A stretch of 64,000 nucleotides of DNA from the human T2T-CHM13v2.0 reference genome, Homo sapiens, in the NCBI RefSeq assembly GCF_009914755.1, contig NC_060930.1; one strand, 5' to 3'. The translations under genes were made by a program, and so were the position numbers. This document shows, in pieces, positions 27,170 to 42,854 of this stretch. Below the pieces are notes generated by a model that ran no database searches, had not been told where the DNA came from, and saw only the letters and a list, made by a program, of their open reading frames with translations. Numbering within the stretch: position 1 is the first letter of the stretch; every line of letters starts with the position of its first letter.

Positions 27170-27450
27170 TCCAGCCTAGGGTGAACATCTCCCCTCCAAG
27201 AAGGAGCCCCAGCAGCACCACGACCTGCTTGTCTACCACGTGACAGATTTCTACCCAGACAGCATTCAAGTCCGATGCTTCCTGAATGGACAGGAGGAAA
27301 CAGCTGGGGTCGTGTCCACCAACCTGATCCGTAATGGAGACTGGACCTTCCAGATCCTGGAGATGCTGGAAATGACCCCCCAGCAGGGAAACATCTACAC
27401 CTGCCAAGTGGAGCACCCCAGCCTGGACAGTCCTGTCACCGTGGAGTGGA
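27170..27450 (+). pseudogene. HLA-DPB2: DPB2 exon 3 (beta-2 Ig domain), frameshifted
   Basis: 281 bp; C-run 27191-27194 one base short giving TGA at 27241-27243; first Ig Cys is TAC and conserved Trp is TGC. Confidence 0.95.
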
Positions 27451-27985
27451 GTGAGGGTCTGATGACCCTCTAGACTCCACCTCTGAAGAGCAGGGGACTC
27501 TCTGGCTCTGGGGTCCACTCATCTGGTTTTATGTGTCTATACCCTGGGACCATGTCCGACCCCATTTTTCTTCTATAGAAGACACTGAGTGTAGTTTTAA
27601 CCTGGGGACAATGGAGACTTGCCTGCCCCCGGCCTAGGAGGTCCTAAGGATTCATAGTTCCTCTCCTTGTCCAAGAATCTAGGGATGCAGACACCTTCCT
27701 GAACTGACGTTACACATGGGAACTGTTGTCTTCCTTCAGCCTTTTAGCTTATTCTAAGTTATTTTGAGAGGCAACTAATTGAATCTGAATTTGTCTGTTG
27801 TTGAGGTCACACCCTCTGTTCTAGAATTGAGAGAGTGACTGTTTCTCAGTTTCCTGTCATGCAAGGTGTATTCCCCTCGCTCTCCTCGTGCCAATATTCT
27901 GCATCAGGCTGCAGGATCTCAGACAGGACATGAGCAGGGGTGCAGCTGCTGGAGGTGACTCTGAACCTGAGCCTGTTCTTCCTAG

Positions 27986-28096
27986 AGGCACAGTCTGATT
28001 CTGTGCAGAGCAAGATGCTGACAGGAGCCAGGGGCTTCATGCTGGGGCTCATCATCTGTGGAGTGGACATCTTCACGCACAGAAGGAGGAAGAAAG
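27986..28096 (+). pseudogene. HLA-DPB2: DPB2 exon 4 (transmembrane), open
   Basis: AQSDSVQSKMLTGARGFMLGLIICGVDIFTHRRRKK, 111 bp, ag/gt intact. Confidence 0.93.
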
Positions 28097-28416
28097 GTGA
28101 GAAATCCTGTGAGGTGACCGATACCCACCTTTCTCCTGACTTGCTCACCCTTCTTCCATGATGAGGGGCTGAGACAAAAAAGCAATGCCAGAGAGCTTGC
28201 TGAAATCACATAGTCAGGAAACAAAGACAGCTTCTAAGGAGAGAGGAATCCCAGCCTGGCATCTTAATGCAGCCAGATGCATGAGGTCCCAGTTACTCAG
28301 GCTCCTGCAGAGCGTCCATTGAGTGATGGACAATGGAAGTATGATGGAAACGTTTCTCTAATTGTCTGAGGTGGTTTCAGTAGCTGAATACATTCTCTTT
28401 CTTCCTTTCATTTCAG

Positions 28417-28440
28417 TTCAACAAGGATCTGCATAAACAG
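28417..28440 (+). pseudogene. HLA-DPB2: DPB2 exon 5 (cytoplasmic tail, stop)
   Basis: cag|TT CAA CAA GGA TCT GCA TAA acag|gcaata; donor is GC. Confidence 0.88.
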
Positions 28441-28736
28441 GCAATATTCCTGCTTTGATTTCCTTGTTGGGGGAGTTACAGGAGGACATAAGTCCTTTCT
28501 GTACATTGTGACACTGAGGCTCCTCTAGGAAGAGAGTCTCAGGCCTGAACCCCTGTTTCAACCTCAGCCCTGGGGTGAGTGGGGAAAGAGCATTGCATGG
28601 CTCCATTGCTAAAGGAAGCTCAGATCAACTCTATTCTTTATCAGCCTGAGATTCAGCCTCTCACCGTTATTTTTCTCTCCTGGGACTTAAAGGAAGGGGG
28701 CCAGCAACCTGGGATTACTGTTTTTTACCTCCACAG

Positions 28737-29080
28737 GGTTGCTGACCTTGCCTAAAAGACTAATGTACCTTGGAACAAGCATTTTCTGTTTCTTTAGTCC
28801 CAGTACCTGCTTCGAGGACAGACCCCCAGCCTCCCAAGAGGATGCTGCTGCTGAGTAGTTGCACTGAAGCCAGTTTCTATCATTCTGTTCCTGGATTCAA
28901 TGCATGATTTCTCTCATGGGGCCTCCAACCAAGTTCCTTTCTCCTTAGTGCCATGAGTAATCAAAACCCAACATGATTGTTTTCTGTTAAGAATATACAC
29001 CAAGTCATGTCTCATCACTTTTTTTTCTTGAGGGTTTTAGCAAACAGTAAGAGTTAATAAAGAAGTTCATTGTGGTTTAG
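28737..29080 (+). other. HLA-DPB2: DPB2 3' UTR exon with polyA signal
   Basis: Acceptor ttttttacctccacag|ggtt; AATAAA at 29056-29061. Confidence 0.7.
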
Positions 29081-30548
29081 ACATAAGAAAGAAGAAAACC
29101 ATGAAAATCCATCCAAACTATTGTATAAGGTGGCCTGTTGGACATAGACCTCTCCTGGATTTACTATATTTCAGTGAGCTGCCCCATCCTCATGTTTGGT
29201 GTCTTCATCCATTTAGGTCTGAAACCACTATTCTTAGCTATTCAGTGGTGAACAGACTGCAAATCTGTGTTATAGGGCCCATATTAACATAGCACTGATT
29301 CAACATATAACTTACTAAGAGCATGTTTTAGCATTACTGTTAAGAAATTAAATAAGCATCAGAATTTAAAACGATAAATATAATCTAACACACTTTCAAC
29401 ACTTTCTTTGCATGCCATCACAAATACTCCTTAACCAAATGTTGCTTGGCCTTTTGAATGCATCAAGTAGACGACATTTATCCTCTAAGTCTGCATTCAT
29501 TCACCAGCCTAGACCTCCTGAGCTAATAATTCATACAGTGAGAAACGCCTCCCCATTGTTGAAAGTGCAAAGCAATAGGTGTGGCACTCTTTCAAACACT
29601 GATCTTTTTTTTACAATCCAAAATTTTTATGTGTTTTGCATTTCATATTAAGTTACTGTAAATCAAGGTAGAAGACATGTTTGGTCTAAGCTTTCCTTTT
29701 CGTGTAGAGGATGGATTCTTAACTCCTGATACACATAATGAGCACTCAGTGGCTCTCTGATACATCCAGTTGTTGGCTTCCTTCTCCCTGACTTCTCACA
29801 AGCAGCTTCTGGGCCTTGTGTGCCCCTGGGCGCCTATCCCTGGTCAGTTTACCAGAGCTACCCGTGTTCCTCTCACTATCCAATCAGAGTCATCTCCTTC
29901 CATTTTTGTCCCCTGGACGCATGCTGTAGGTGTCAGCCGTACCCAGAGTGGAGTGAACAATCTGCAGACTAACTCTTGCAGGATGCAAAACTGAGGTATC
30001 TGCACCCATAATGCACCTGTATCCTACAATTACAAGTCCAGGATATGCATTCCTAGGAAACTGAGAATATAAGGAGTCACAGAAAGGCATCAGATGTGTC
30101 TAGCTCTGACATACACAGGTATTTATTGAACTCTGGGATTTCTCAGGAAAAATGCAGTGCAGAGAAAGGTCCCTGATGAGACCACAGCATACAGACCATC
30201 CAGTGTGGGCACCACCTTGTCACTACACTTTAAATTCTTCATATTGATTGAGTGCTATCTAAATGTCAGACCCTTTGCTGAGTGCTAGGTGCAGGAGGAT
30301 CATAGGCAGCCAGGAGGTAGAGGGGTCTTGGGGTACATAAGTCATTGTGGTTGAAGAGCAGAGATTCAAAAGAAAGTTAGGCCTGGAGATTTAAAGGAGA
30401 CCGAAGCTGGTGACTTCCTTATGTCAACTTCTGACTGAGAAAGTTTGACACCTGGAGTAGAATAAACACACTGGGGTTAGGACTGCCAGCTTAGTGTTTT
30501 GTCCCCCATCCCTTTCCATCCCTGGTCCCTTCATTTTCTGCCCCTCAC

Positions 30549-30694
30549 AGTGTGAATAAACTCTCACAGATGCCAGACCATCTCCTTCTTGTCCAGGTGC
30601 ACAAATAACTGCTCATCTTCATCAGATTCAAACATATACTCCCCAGAGGGTCTGTGTGTCTGCACAAACTCTGCATACGTTGACACATGGTCTG
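30549..30694 (-). pseudogene. HLA-DPA3: DPA3 exon 2 (alpha-1), 5' half
   Basis: cag|CA GAC CAT GTG: [42 protein letters not shown] (TGA 30564-30566); homology ends near 30549. Confidence 0.92.
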
Positions 30695-31011
30695 CTGCTT
30701 GAAGGGGAAGAAGACTGCAGAATGAGGAACACATAGGAAAGTACACAGAATACAAGAAGCAAGCAGGTAATGGGAAAGTTTTTAAGAATGCAAGGGAATA
30801 ACACAGAAAATGAGAAATGCAAAAATGAATGAAAAGAAAAGGAATGGGGATAAACAATGATAGAAATGACTCATAGAAGATTTCAGTTGTTTCCCTGGTC
30901 TCTGAAGACTTACACAACCCTCACATCATTCCAATAATGATAACACTGAACACAATCAGAAAATATTCACTGAACATGTACCATGTGCTCAACTTATTCA
31001 TTGAATCCTCA

Positions 31012-31575
<564 letters not shown>

Positions 31576-34252
31576 AAACTTCAGCTGAATTCAATATAAA
31601 AGAGTCAAATTGAGCAATGAACGATTCGTGAATCAGGCAGCCTCCCGAGGCAGAGTAGGCTCAGAGACTCCATTGCAGGCATGTGGTGGAAGATTTATGG
31701 ACAGAAAAAGGAAAGTGACATACAGAAAACAGAAGTGAGGTACAGAAACACCCAATTGGTTACAGCTGGGTGTATCCTTATTTGAACACAGTTTGAACAG
31801 TTGGCTACATATGATTGGCCGAAACTTGGTGATTGACACAAGTGTAGGCTGTTTACACCTCCACTTGTTATAGTTCACGATGTACAGAGAAACCTTTAGG
31901 CCAAACTTAAAATATGTAAGGAGGCAGCTTTAGGCTAAACTTGATTTAACAATTTTCCTCTTTTGGTAATCTTCTCAATTTTTAGAGATTTACCAAAACT
32001 TTAGTCATCGATGCCACTATCACCATTGTAAATGTACTTATTTGGTCTTGAAACCCCCTGGGAAATAGCAGAACAATGAGTTTTGTAAGGGGGAACAAGG
32101 ATTTCAGGTTATTTTATTTTATTTTAATTTTATTTTTGTAAGGGTTACCTCCTTTTGTTGGAACGTTCTGTTTATAGGAGAAAAAAACAAAACCTGGTCT
32201 GTTTTAGGATCTATGTGTTTCCTTAAAGTCTTAGTTTAATCATGTCACATTTAGCACAAGTGACTCCATTTTGGTTTGGTCTGGTCTGTTGGGGCTTAGT
32301 GCATTTAGCCTTTCATTAAAGTCCAAAACAATGGCCTCCCATGATTTTGTTTAAAAATGTCCCCTTTTTGGTCAGGTTCTCACTTAGGTGAGAATGTGAC
32401 CAAAGCTTAGGGCCTTAGCGCCACTCTCAGTTACCATCATTTTGGGTTTCCAGTCTCAACACATCATTCATAGGTTAAAATGCCATCATGGTCACACATT
32501 TCTTTCAATCTTGTCATTCTAGTTGAAGAGAGACAATTTGACATTCTAGAGATGGCTGCATGCAAACATTTAAAACTTTCGAGAGAATACAGTGCACCAG
32601 GTAGACTACTATTATGACTATCAGGAGGATAATACCAAGAGTTTGGAGTATGCTCCTTACACAGGGTCCCCATAAACCAAACCACCCAAAATTAAATAGA
32701 TCAAAGAATGAGCTAAATAAAGAGTTTACTCATTTAAGCAGTCTCTTCATTAATTACCTACAACTGAATCTCTGTACACCTGACGTGATGTATTTCTCCA
32801 TAGGCCACAAGTGCCAGCAGCTGCACAGATACTTCTCTGTTTAGCCAGTAAGTAATCTACAGCAATCCTACTATTAAGCATAACTTTCACAAAAGAATGT
32901 AAAATCTGTTGTGTAACCATCGCCCTTACAGTAGACTCTGTTTAGAGCCTATCATGAGGGATACATTTCTAATCATTGCCTGTTTTACTCCAAATCATGG
33001 TAAAAAGGACCTAAGGAAAAATGCCCTTCTAGAAGACTGAAGGCCTCCTGGCAATGTTCTCTTTAACCCATGATGTGGAATAGGGGAGTGAATCAATGTT
33101 CTGTTTCTGACTGATTATGAGGCAACCTATGTACCATTAAAATTTCTCACCTACACTGGGCCTTCATCTTTCATCTATCAAGGTGTGAGGTTATCCATGT
33201 ATAAGGCTGGCTGCAAAACCCTTCACCAATAAAAGTATACCTACCCCATAAGTGCACACAACAGACCCCCTTTTCACTTCTACTGTTCATAGAGGCATCA
33301 GCAAGGGAAAAAATACTCAGAGATAAGAGCCTCCATATAGCAGAGAAGTCTTGATCTGTGATCTTGGTGAAAGCTGTTCACATCAAGGATACCATCTTCT
33401 TCTGGGAAGAAACTTCCCTGGTTAGCTTTACCTTACGGGTTCCAATGGGTGTATATTTCCAAGAATGTGGAGGGATCCTTCTCAGTTGTGAGATCATGAA
33501 GCCAAAGTTCACGGTTCTGATGTTTACTGCAGTGTGGATGGCAAGGGCAGTCTTTCTCTGATGTTCTCAGAAGATCCAATCTTCAGGTTCTAGATTGTGA
33601 AGGGGTTGATTGTCCTCAGTCAGTGAACCATAAAAAGCTTTCTTTACCTGGTGAAAATACACTGTGAAATAATAATCTACTGTTATAACATCAGTTCACT
33701 TGTATAGGAAAGCTTTTACACAACCAGAAAACATGCATTGAAAATGACAATTGACTGAAATCTCTTCATAAATGTTTAAATGGCTCATGAGGTAGCAGAA
33801 TGTACCTGAAGCTTTGATTGTCTTCCCAGGAATATGGGTTTGGCAAACCAAACATTGGTCATAAACTATTTTAGCAATTTAGAAGTCACCACACCAATAT
33901 GCATTTAACTTGGATCATTTTATCTTTTCCATGATGAGTCATGGAATGCAGAACTTTAAATTATAAAAGCTTTAAAAGCTCAGGAAGGATAAGGCAGCCA
34001 CCTTGGTTCTCCATGAGTCCATGCTTGACACGGTTGTTTCTCCAATTGAGGTGCATAGCACTGATAACTGATGGGTTATCATAGGTAATTTGAGTTAGAC
34101 CACAGAGTTTCTTCAAATTGTGTATCTAAACAATTTCAGTATTGGGTGATTTAGCATGAAAGACTTGCAAAGTATTTTCTTGGTATTCAATTAATTTGTG
34201 TTCTACTTGGGATGGCAGTTTTATAAACCAGTCAGTCTTTTAAGCTCCAGGA

Positions 34253-34363
34253 AGCAGGAGAATGGCGTGAACCTGGGAGGCGGAGCTTGCAGTGAGCCAA
34301 GATCGTGCCACTGCACTCCAGCCTGGGTGACAGAGTGAGACTCCGTCTCAAAAAAAAAAAAAA
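34253..34363 (+). mobile_element. 5'-truncated AluY
   Basis: gagaatggcgtgaacctgggaggcggagcttg; TSD aagctccaggaa. Confidence 0.85.
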
Positions 34364-34554
34364 AGCTCCAGGAATTCTTACCCAGTAAAAATGATATGAT
34401 TCTAAAGTTATCAGAAACCTGTAATCAAGAATACTTTTTGGGGTCCTTTCCATCCTTTCAGGAACCTCCTAAAAGACACCATATTCTAGAATTGTGCCTA
34501 CTTGTGAAGTTTTCAGAAATTGCACCAGCATTAAGCAATTAACTGTGGAAATGA

Positions 34555-34818
34555 CCTTCCTTCCTTCCCTCCTTCCTTCCTTCCTTCCTTCCACTCTCTC
34601 TCTCTCTTTCTTTCTTTCCTTTATTTTGAGACAGAGTATCACTCTGTCACCCATGTTGGAGTGCAGTGGTGCAATCTCGGCTCACTGCAACTCCGCCTTC
34701 CAGGCTCAAGCAATTCTCATGCCTCAGACTCTCCAGTAGCTGGAACTGCAGGTGTGCAGCACTGCACCAGGCTAATTTTTGTATTTTTAGTAGAGACTGG
34801 GTTTCACCCTGTTGGCCA
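34555..34818 (-). mobile_element. Partial Alu with (CCTT)n tail
   Basis: Antisense right arm and start of left arm. Confidence 0.85.
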
Positions 34819-35189
34819 TCCCCAAAAGGATATTTAGCCTTAGATTTTGAGAGGGATCTATCTGCTTTTGATTCCTGGTGTTTCAGGAGGAAAACCGAGT
34901 TATATCCCAAAGCAGGATCGTAGTGCCTCCTCTGTTTTTCCCAAGGAGTCCCAGGCTGTTAGAAGTTACCTTAGGTCCTCTCATGTGTGCAACAAAAGTG
35001 GCAAGAAGACAAAATGGAGAAAAACAATTCAGTTGGCTAAAAAGAAAAAAATAATTAAAAAAAAACAAAGATCCAAGAAGAGAAAAAACCAAAAGGCCCT
35101 TTAAACATACCTATAGCTTGGATATCCACTTTTAATTAAGCTGACTTTTAACTATAGCGCTCTTTCTAAAAAAAAAAAAAAATTATTTG

Positions 35190-35482
35190 ATTGTTTTTAG
35201 AGACGGAGTCTTGCTCTCTTGCCCAGGCTGGAGTTCAGTGGTTCAATCTCAGCTCACTGCAACCTCCGCCTCCCAGGTTAAAGCGATTATCCTGCCTCAG
35301 CCTCCTGAATAGGTGGGACTACCAGTGCGAGCCACCACATCCAGCTAATTTTTGTATTTTTAGTAGAGACAGGGTTTCTCCATGTTGGTCAGGCTGGTCT
35401 CAAACTCCTGACTTCAGGTGATCCATCCTCCTTGGCCTCCCAAAGCGCTGGGATTGCAGGCATGGACCACTGCGCCCAGCCT
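35190..35482 (-). mobile_element. AluS
   Basis: Full antisense Alu. Confidence 0.9.
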
Positions 35483-36231
35483 AAAATAATCATTTTAAAT
35501 CTCTTATTACTTGACTTTAGCCAGGCCAAACAGCCAATATGTCTGGCTTTTGAACTTTACCAAAGGTAATCTCCCAGGTGAAACCAATAAGCTTTAACAA
35601 GGTTATGACTTAACCACAAGTGTACGAAGTATTTTCAAAAAGGTAGCAAGCAATTTTTACAAACTCTAGAATTTCCAAACGTAGCTCAGAGAAAGGAAAA
35701 TTCAAGACGAGAGTCAGAAGTTGTTCATGAGGGGAAGAGAATCAGCAAATAGCAAAGATCAGAAAGATATCAAACCAAACAGGTCTCATTCCCTGAGCTG
35801 GAATTGAACCCTGCCTGGCTGCCATCATAAGATGGCAAAGCTTAGCCACTAAGCTACACCGTTGGTGGTTTCCATTGTTCCTCCCAGAAGGAGGAGCCTA
35901 AGAGCAGCCAATTTTCAGCTTGCAAAGGCTTTTAACTGCTCAAGATAATTTTTAGAGCTAACTATGACATGAACTCCAAAATTCCTGTCCTCCAGAGGGT
36001 GGAGACCAAAAGAAAGTACCATCATGTGATTATAAGGTCAAGCTCCCAATGACATAAAACAAGATGACAGGGAAACCTTATCCAGTGTTTTTTTGTTTCA
36101 GGGACCCGCAGTTTGTAACTGACCAGTTTGCCAGGCTGGCTTGAACAGCAGACTTCTGGGAGTCCTAGGCCCACATTTTATCCTATTTAACCCCTTTTAT
36201 GACCAAATGACACAGAAAGACCAATTCATAG

Positions 36232-36582
<351 letters not shown>

Positions 36583-37108
36583 TCACAAATCCTTTTTATC
36601 ATTAATTAAAACTTTGCAGAGGAGACAGTGATTTTTACTACTCCTACAACCGTTTCCACACAGAGAGAGGCCAGAAGCCTGACTGCTAAGAAATTCTTAC
36701 CCTTTTGCCAGCATGCCAGGCTTCTGGGTTCCCTCTTTCTGAGTGGCCCTAGCGACCCTGTTAGCTGCACATAGCCTGGGGGCCAAGCCACAACACAAAG
36801 GAAAATCATCTTTTCTGATTTCAGGGAACCATAGGCAAAAGCCTCTCAATTTTGTAAGATGCTGCCCAAGAGATTGCATGAGGGAACTGAATTAACATTT
36901 TCCCTTCCAGCCACAGCAAAATACATGTGACAAAACATAGACATTAGCCACTCTGCTTAGTGCCCAATATTGAACTGGTAAGGCTTAAACTTGCCCCTGG
37001 TGGGGCTCTGCTATCTTTAATCTATTCAAAGTGGGGTGGAATGGCCTCCAGCCAGAAGTTTCAACATGTGATCTCTAGACAAGATATAATAGAAAGCTGG
37101 AAAAAGGA

Positions 37109-37489
<381 letters not shown>

Positions 37490-37544
37490 TCAGGGAGGAC
37501 AGAGAAGGACCCACCTATTGCAGTGACACTAAATTAAAAGTTCA

Positions 37545-37885
<341 letters not shown>

Positions 37886-38228
37886 TCATCAGCTCTCAAG
37901 TTTCCTGCTTTGGGGAGAAAAAAGTTCCCCATGTCCCATGATCCTGTACATGCCTAATCCTGTCACACACAGCCATCAGCAAAAAGCGCAAGGCAGATTT
38001 AATTTTTTAAATCAATTAGTTGTTTAAGCTTTTTAATTCTTTTTTGTAAAGTCTTTAAATGCAAATATTGAAATTTTTTAGAAGCTTCTGCATATCAATA
38101 GGCATCCCTACATGAGACTGTACATGAGACTAATTTGGGAGCCCTCATTTTCAAATGCACTTCAGTGCAGTGTTGTTCTTTTGGAATGTTCTACTGCAAG
38201 TTATCTTTAGTAAAAAAAAAAAAAAAAA

Positions 38229-38519
38229 TTTTATTTGAGACACAGTCTCTGTCACCCAGGCTGGAGTGCAGTATTATGATCTCAGCTCATGGCAGCCTCC
38301 ACCTCCTGGGTTCAAGTGATTCTTGTGCCTCAGCCTCCCGAGTAGCTGGAATTACAGGCACATGCCACCATGCCTGGCTAATTTTTTTTTTTAATTTTTA
38401 GTACAGACAGGGTTTCACAGTGTTGGCCAGCCTGGTCTCAAACTCCTAGCCTCAAGCAATCTACCCACCTTGGCCTCCCAAAGTGCTGGGATTACAGGTG
38501 TGAGCCACCACGCCTGGAC
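38229..38519 (-). mobile_element. Alu (S/J)
   Basis: Full antisense Alu. Confidence 0.88.
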
Positions 38520-40619
38520 AATTTCTGTAAGGCGTTGCTCCTTCCAGGGCCTAATACTTATGCATGTATAATCCAGAAGGAACTCAGTTCTTCAGAAATT
38601 CAGTATCACATTTTTTACCTCAAATACTGGCTTTGCTCTCAGGTCCCTTGTTCAACTTAGCCAATGATTTTTTTTCCTACCTAAGTGCACAAGAAAAATA
38701 AAGGAGTAGAACATAAAAATCTCTGTGAATTTCCAAAAGCCAAATTTTACACCTTTGCAATATTGCCATTTAATACTGGTTTCTTTCTGATCCAGTTAGA
38801 TGTAAGAGGTCTCTAACCGGATCCAAGCCAGTTAATTACTGGAGCCAATCCGATCCTGGACTCAGTTCAATTTCTTTCGCGACTTTCAAACCCAATCAGG
38901 ATCAGAAATTTACTCAAAGAAACTCAGAGAGCTCAACACACAAATCTGTGGAGCTTCGGAATCTGCAAGAGAACTTACCACGATCCCCAGCTGCTCCGAG
39001 AGAGAAAGAGACACAATGGGCCTGGAGGGTACCTCGCTAGGTCACTCAGCACTTCTGGGGGTCATTAGAAGCTCTACTTCCAACCCCACTTCTGACACCA
39101 CCTGATAAAAGAAAAACTTCAGCCGAATAAATTTTAAATGAGGTTAATTGCGCAATAAACAATTCACAAATCGGGCAGCCTCCCAAGCCAGAGTATGCTC
39201 AAAGTCTCCAGCACAGCTGCGTGGTGGAAGAAAGTTTATGGACAGAAAAAGAAAAGTAACATACAGAAAACAGAAGTGAGGTACAGAAACAGCCAGATTG
39301 GTTACAGCTCAATGTTTGCCTAACTTGAACACAGTTCAAACAGTTAGCTACATATGATTGGCCAAAACTCAGTGATTGGCACAAGTGTAGGCTATGGTCT
39401 GTTTACACCTCCACTTGTTATAGTTCATGATGTACAGAGAAACCTTTAGGCCAAACTTAAAATATGTAAGGAGGCAACTTTAGGCTAAACTTGATTTAAC
39501 AGAGGAAATTATTTTACATATTGGGGAACTGACCACAGAAGTAAAGTAACTCACCCAAGTCACACAACTCCTGGTAGAAACAAAATTGCGTAGTCCCCCT
39601 ACCCCATTCCCATAGGATCTCAGAACCCCTACAGGACCAGACATAAAAAATACTGATATAGCCACAGAGAAAGGCAGGGAAGTAGGGAGATGAAATAAAA
39701 ATCTTTCAGGGAAAAAAATAATGAAGGACATGAAAAGACCTCCAGAGTAAGTCTTAGTGCTATTTATAGACTTCAAGTTATGTTCTTACTTTTAGAATAA
39801 AAATGGTACCTTATATAATTTTATCAAAACACTTTCATTTTAAGTCATAGTAAATTTAAAAATGTTGTCATGCACATAACATTCACAAAATGTTCTTGTT
39901 GAATGTATATTTTCAAGTGTAGTTCTACCTGGAAATAAAAGTTGTTGCATTTGAAACACCTATGGGATAGTATCTTAGCTTTACCTGATGTATAAGACAC
40001 AGCAAAAGGTTGACAACAAAAAAGTCTATTACTATTACAGTAAAAGAATAAAGATGAGAGAGCATGGAGTCCAGCCTGGAAGAGGAAGTGAGGCGAAATG
40101 ACACTGCATGGTTGTTGGTCCTAAGCAAGGATTTCCCCTCCAAGCCCAACACGGGGAAAACCAGTCCTCTCCTTGGATGCGTCAAGTGACGGCAAGTTCA
40201 GTGTCACACACGGATGTTGAGGGTCCTCCACTGAGTTTATGGGCTAGAGAATTACTCACCTACAGAAACGAAGCCCAAAGAAAAAACAGATGAAAAACAT
40301 GATATACAAGCTGTGCTACAGAGATGTCGTTTGTTCACCTTAGGTTACTTTGTTTTTATTATATTCACAAAGCCTAAAACTAAAGGTCCGTGCATTTTAA
40401 AGCAAATTCCACCTTCAAATGTTAATTTTCATTCTGTTAAATAAACACTCATTGTGAATTTTCACTCTTTAGGCACTAAGGATGTAACTCAGAAGACCTG
40501 GGCCTTGTCCTCAAGCTGCTTGAAATCCAAAATCCAAAGAGACAAAGAAAAGAAGATTGCTACATGTGTATTTTATTTTGTGTTTTTTAATCTTTTATTT
40601 CCATAGGTTATTTTGATCA

Positions 40620-41560
40620 CCACTGAGTACCATAAGATATACACTGGAGCCACTCAGGAGCATAAAGAGGGCATTTTTGAAAAATGAGATTTAGGAAAGG
40701 TTCCTAGGGATAGTGTTTACCTGAGGTTAGCAAAACAGAGAAAGGGGAAATGACATGTCCAGCAGGAGAAGCAGGCTCAGGAGCAGAGAGGCATGAAGTT
40801 GCAAGGAGAACTGCAGTTCTTCAGTGTGACTGAAGCCAGGGGAGATGTGCGCCGGGCGGCACTGTAACCTGCCTTGTGTGCTGATGGCAGGTGTTTGCAT
40901 TTTATCCCACAGGACATAGGAAGTTGTGAAGCATCTTAAGCAGGACAGTAACATGATGAGATTTGTGTTTGGAGGGGGCAGCAGTAGGGAGGATGGGTTG
41001 GAGGAGGCTGGTTTGAAAGCAAGACCAATAGGACTCTTCAGCCATCAGATGGGAAGTCATGAGGGTGTAGGCAGGGGCAGGAACATGGGGTGAGGCGGAC
41101 AGCGGATGGGTTTGAATGGCAATAATGAAACGAAAAGCCACAGGAATCACTAAATCATGTGCCAGAAGTAGGGATATGAAGGAGTCCAGAATACCCAACG
41201 TGGAGAACTGGGGCATCAGTGACTGCAAAGGTAATGAAAAATGAAATAATCGAGAGAAGGTAAGATGTTCTGTTTGGAACATGCTTAGTTTGAATTTCTG
41301 TGGGAACAAATGGAGTTAATCTGAGGATAGTGAGCTAAATGGTTGGGTCCCAGGGTACACTAGGTTAGTGACACAGACTGGAAGGAAGCTCATTATAAGT
41401 GAAGTTCTAAATTTGGATCAGGTCACTCAAGAAAAGTACATAAAGTCAGAATAGCAAGGGTCTGAGTGTGTGCTCCTGCATCCAGACAAACACAGACATG
41501 AAAAAAGAGGCTGAAAAGGAGAAGACTAGAAAGTAGGAGGAAAACAAAGAGGAAGTGGGT
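40620..41560 (-). mobile_element. L2 remnant
   Basis: gaagcatcttaagcaggacagtaacatgatgagatttg; tttggaacatgcttagtttgaa. Confidence 0.65.
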
Positions 41561-41772
41561 TCATAAAAGACAACAGACAGGAGAAAACATCCAGGAAAGA
41601 GGAGCGGACGCATCACAAACACACTCATGACACACAAGAGATAGAGACAGAGAAGTGATCACTGGTTTGGGTTGTATAAAGGTCACCCTGAGAGCAGCAT
41701 CAGAGACATGGGGAAGAAAAAGGGAGAATGCAGTGGGTTGAAGACTGAATGAAATGAGAGAGAGTCACTAAC

Positions 41773-42196
<424 letters not shown>

Positions 42197-42575
42197 CTAT
42201 TTGAGGAAGCTGACCTCTACAATCTACGAGAGAATCTCCAGAGGAGGTTGCCAAGCCCTGGCTCTTCTCTCTTCAGCGAGAGGACGTGGGGGAAAGGAGA
42301 CATTTATGAATCTCTTTGAGTCTCAGTCTTTTCATTTCTAAAATTGTGTTAATAAAAGCCTTTCTGAAAATGGTGTTGTGAGGAAGGACATGAGGTTTGG
42401 CACTTAGGGGGTGTTCAGTAAATGGTGGTTATTATTGTTAGAATGAGAGAAAGCAAAAGAGAGCCTCAGGCAAAACAGTAAAGAACAGAGAAAACAGAAC
42501 AGGAAAGAAAACAGCATCTGTGGGCTCCAGAAGCGCCCAGAGCCCCCACCCTCCCTCGCCCACCTGCGCACTCAC

Positions 42576-42677
42576 CCCTGATGGCCCAGGTTCCGAGAGG
42601 CTAAGCAGGGCAGCCAGGGCCATGGCTCACAGGAGGATCCTGGCTCTGCGCTGGCTCCTTCAGTCTTTAGGGTGTAT
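42576..42677 (-). pseudogene. HLA-DPA3: DPA3 exon 1 (leader), decayed
   Basis: ATA CAC CCT AAA GAC TGA (cf. DPA1 ATG CGC CCT GAA GAC AGA)...GGGCCATCAGGG|gtgagt. Confidence 0.8.
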
Positions 42678-42812
42678 TGCAATGGCCACTGTGCGCCAGA
42701 CCCCAAGGAGAAAATGAGGCGGCGCAGGGACGGAGGAGCTCCGAATCCAGCACTCCTTTCCCTACCCCTGTCCAGGGAGAAAGGCTGGAGATGAAACAGC
42801 CTGATGGGGCTC

Positions 42813-42854
42813 AACCAACCAGAATACATCAGAAGGGACGCCTCTGTGGCTGGG
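42813..42854 (-). promoter_or_regulatory. HLA-DPA3: Degenerate X1-X2-Y module of DPA3
   Basis: Minus strand CCCAGCCACAGAGG-CGTCC, 18-bp spacer, CTGGTTGGTT (Y core ATTGG changed to GTTGG). Confidence 0.65.
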
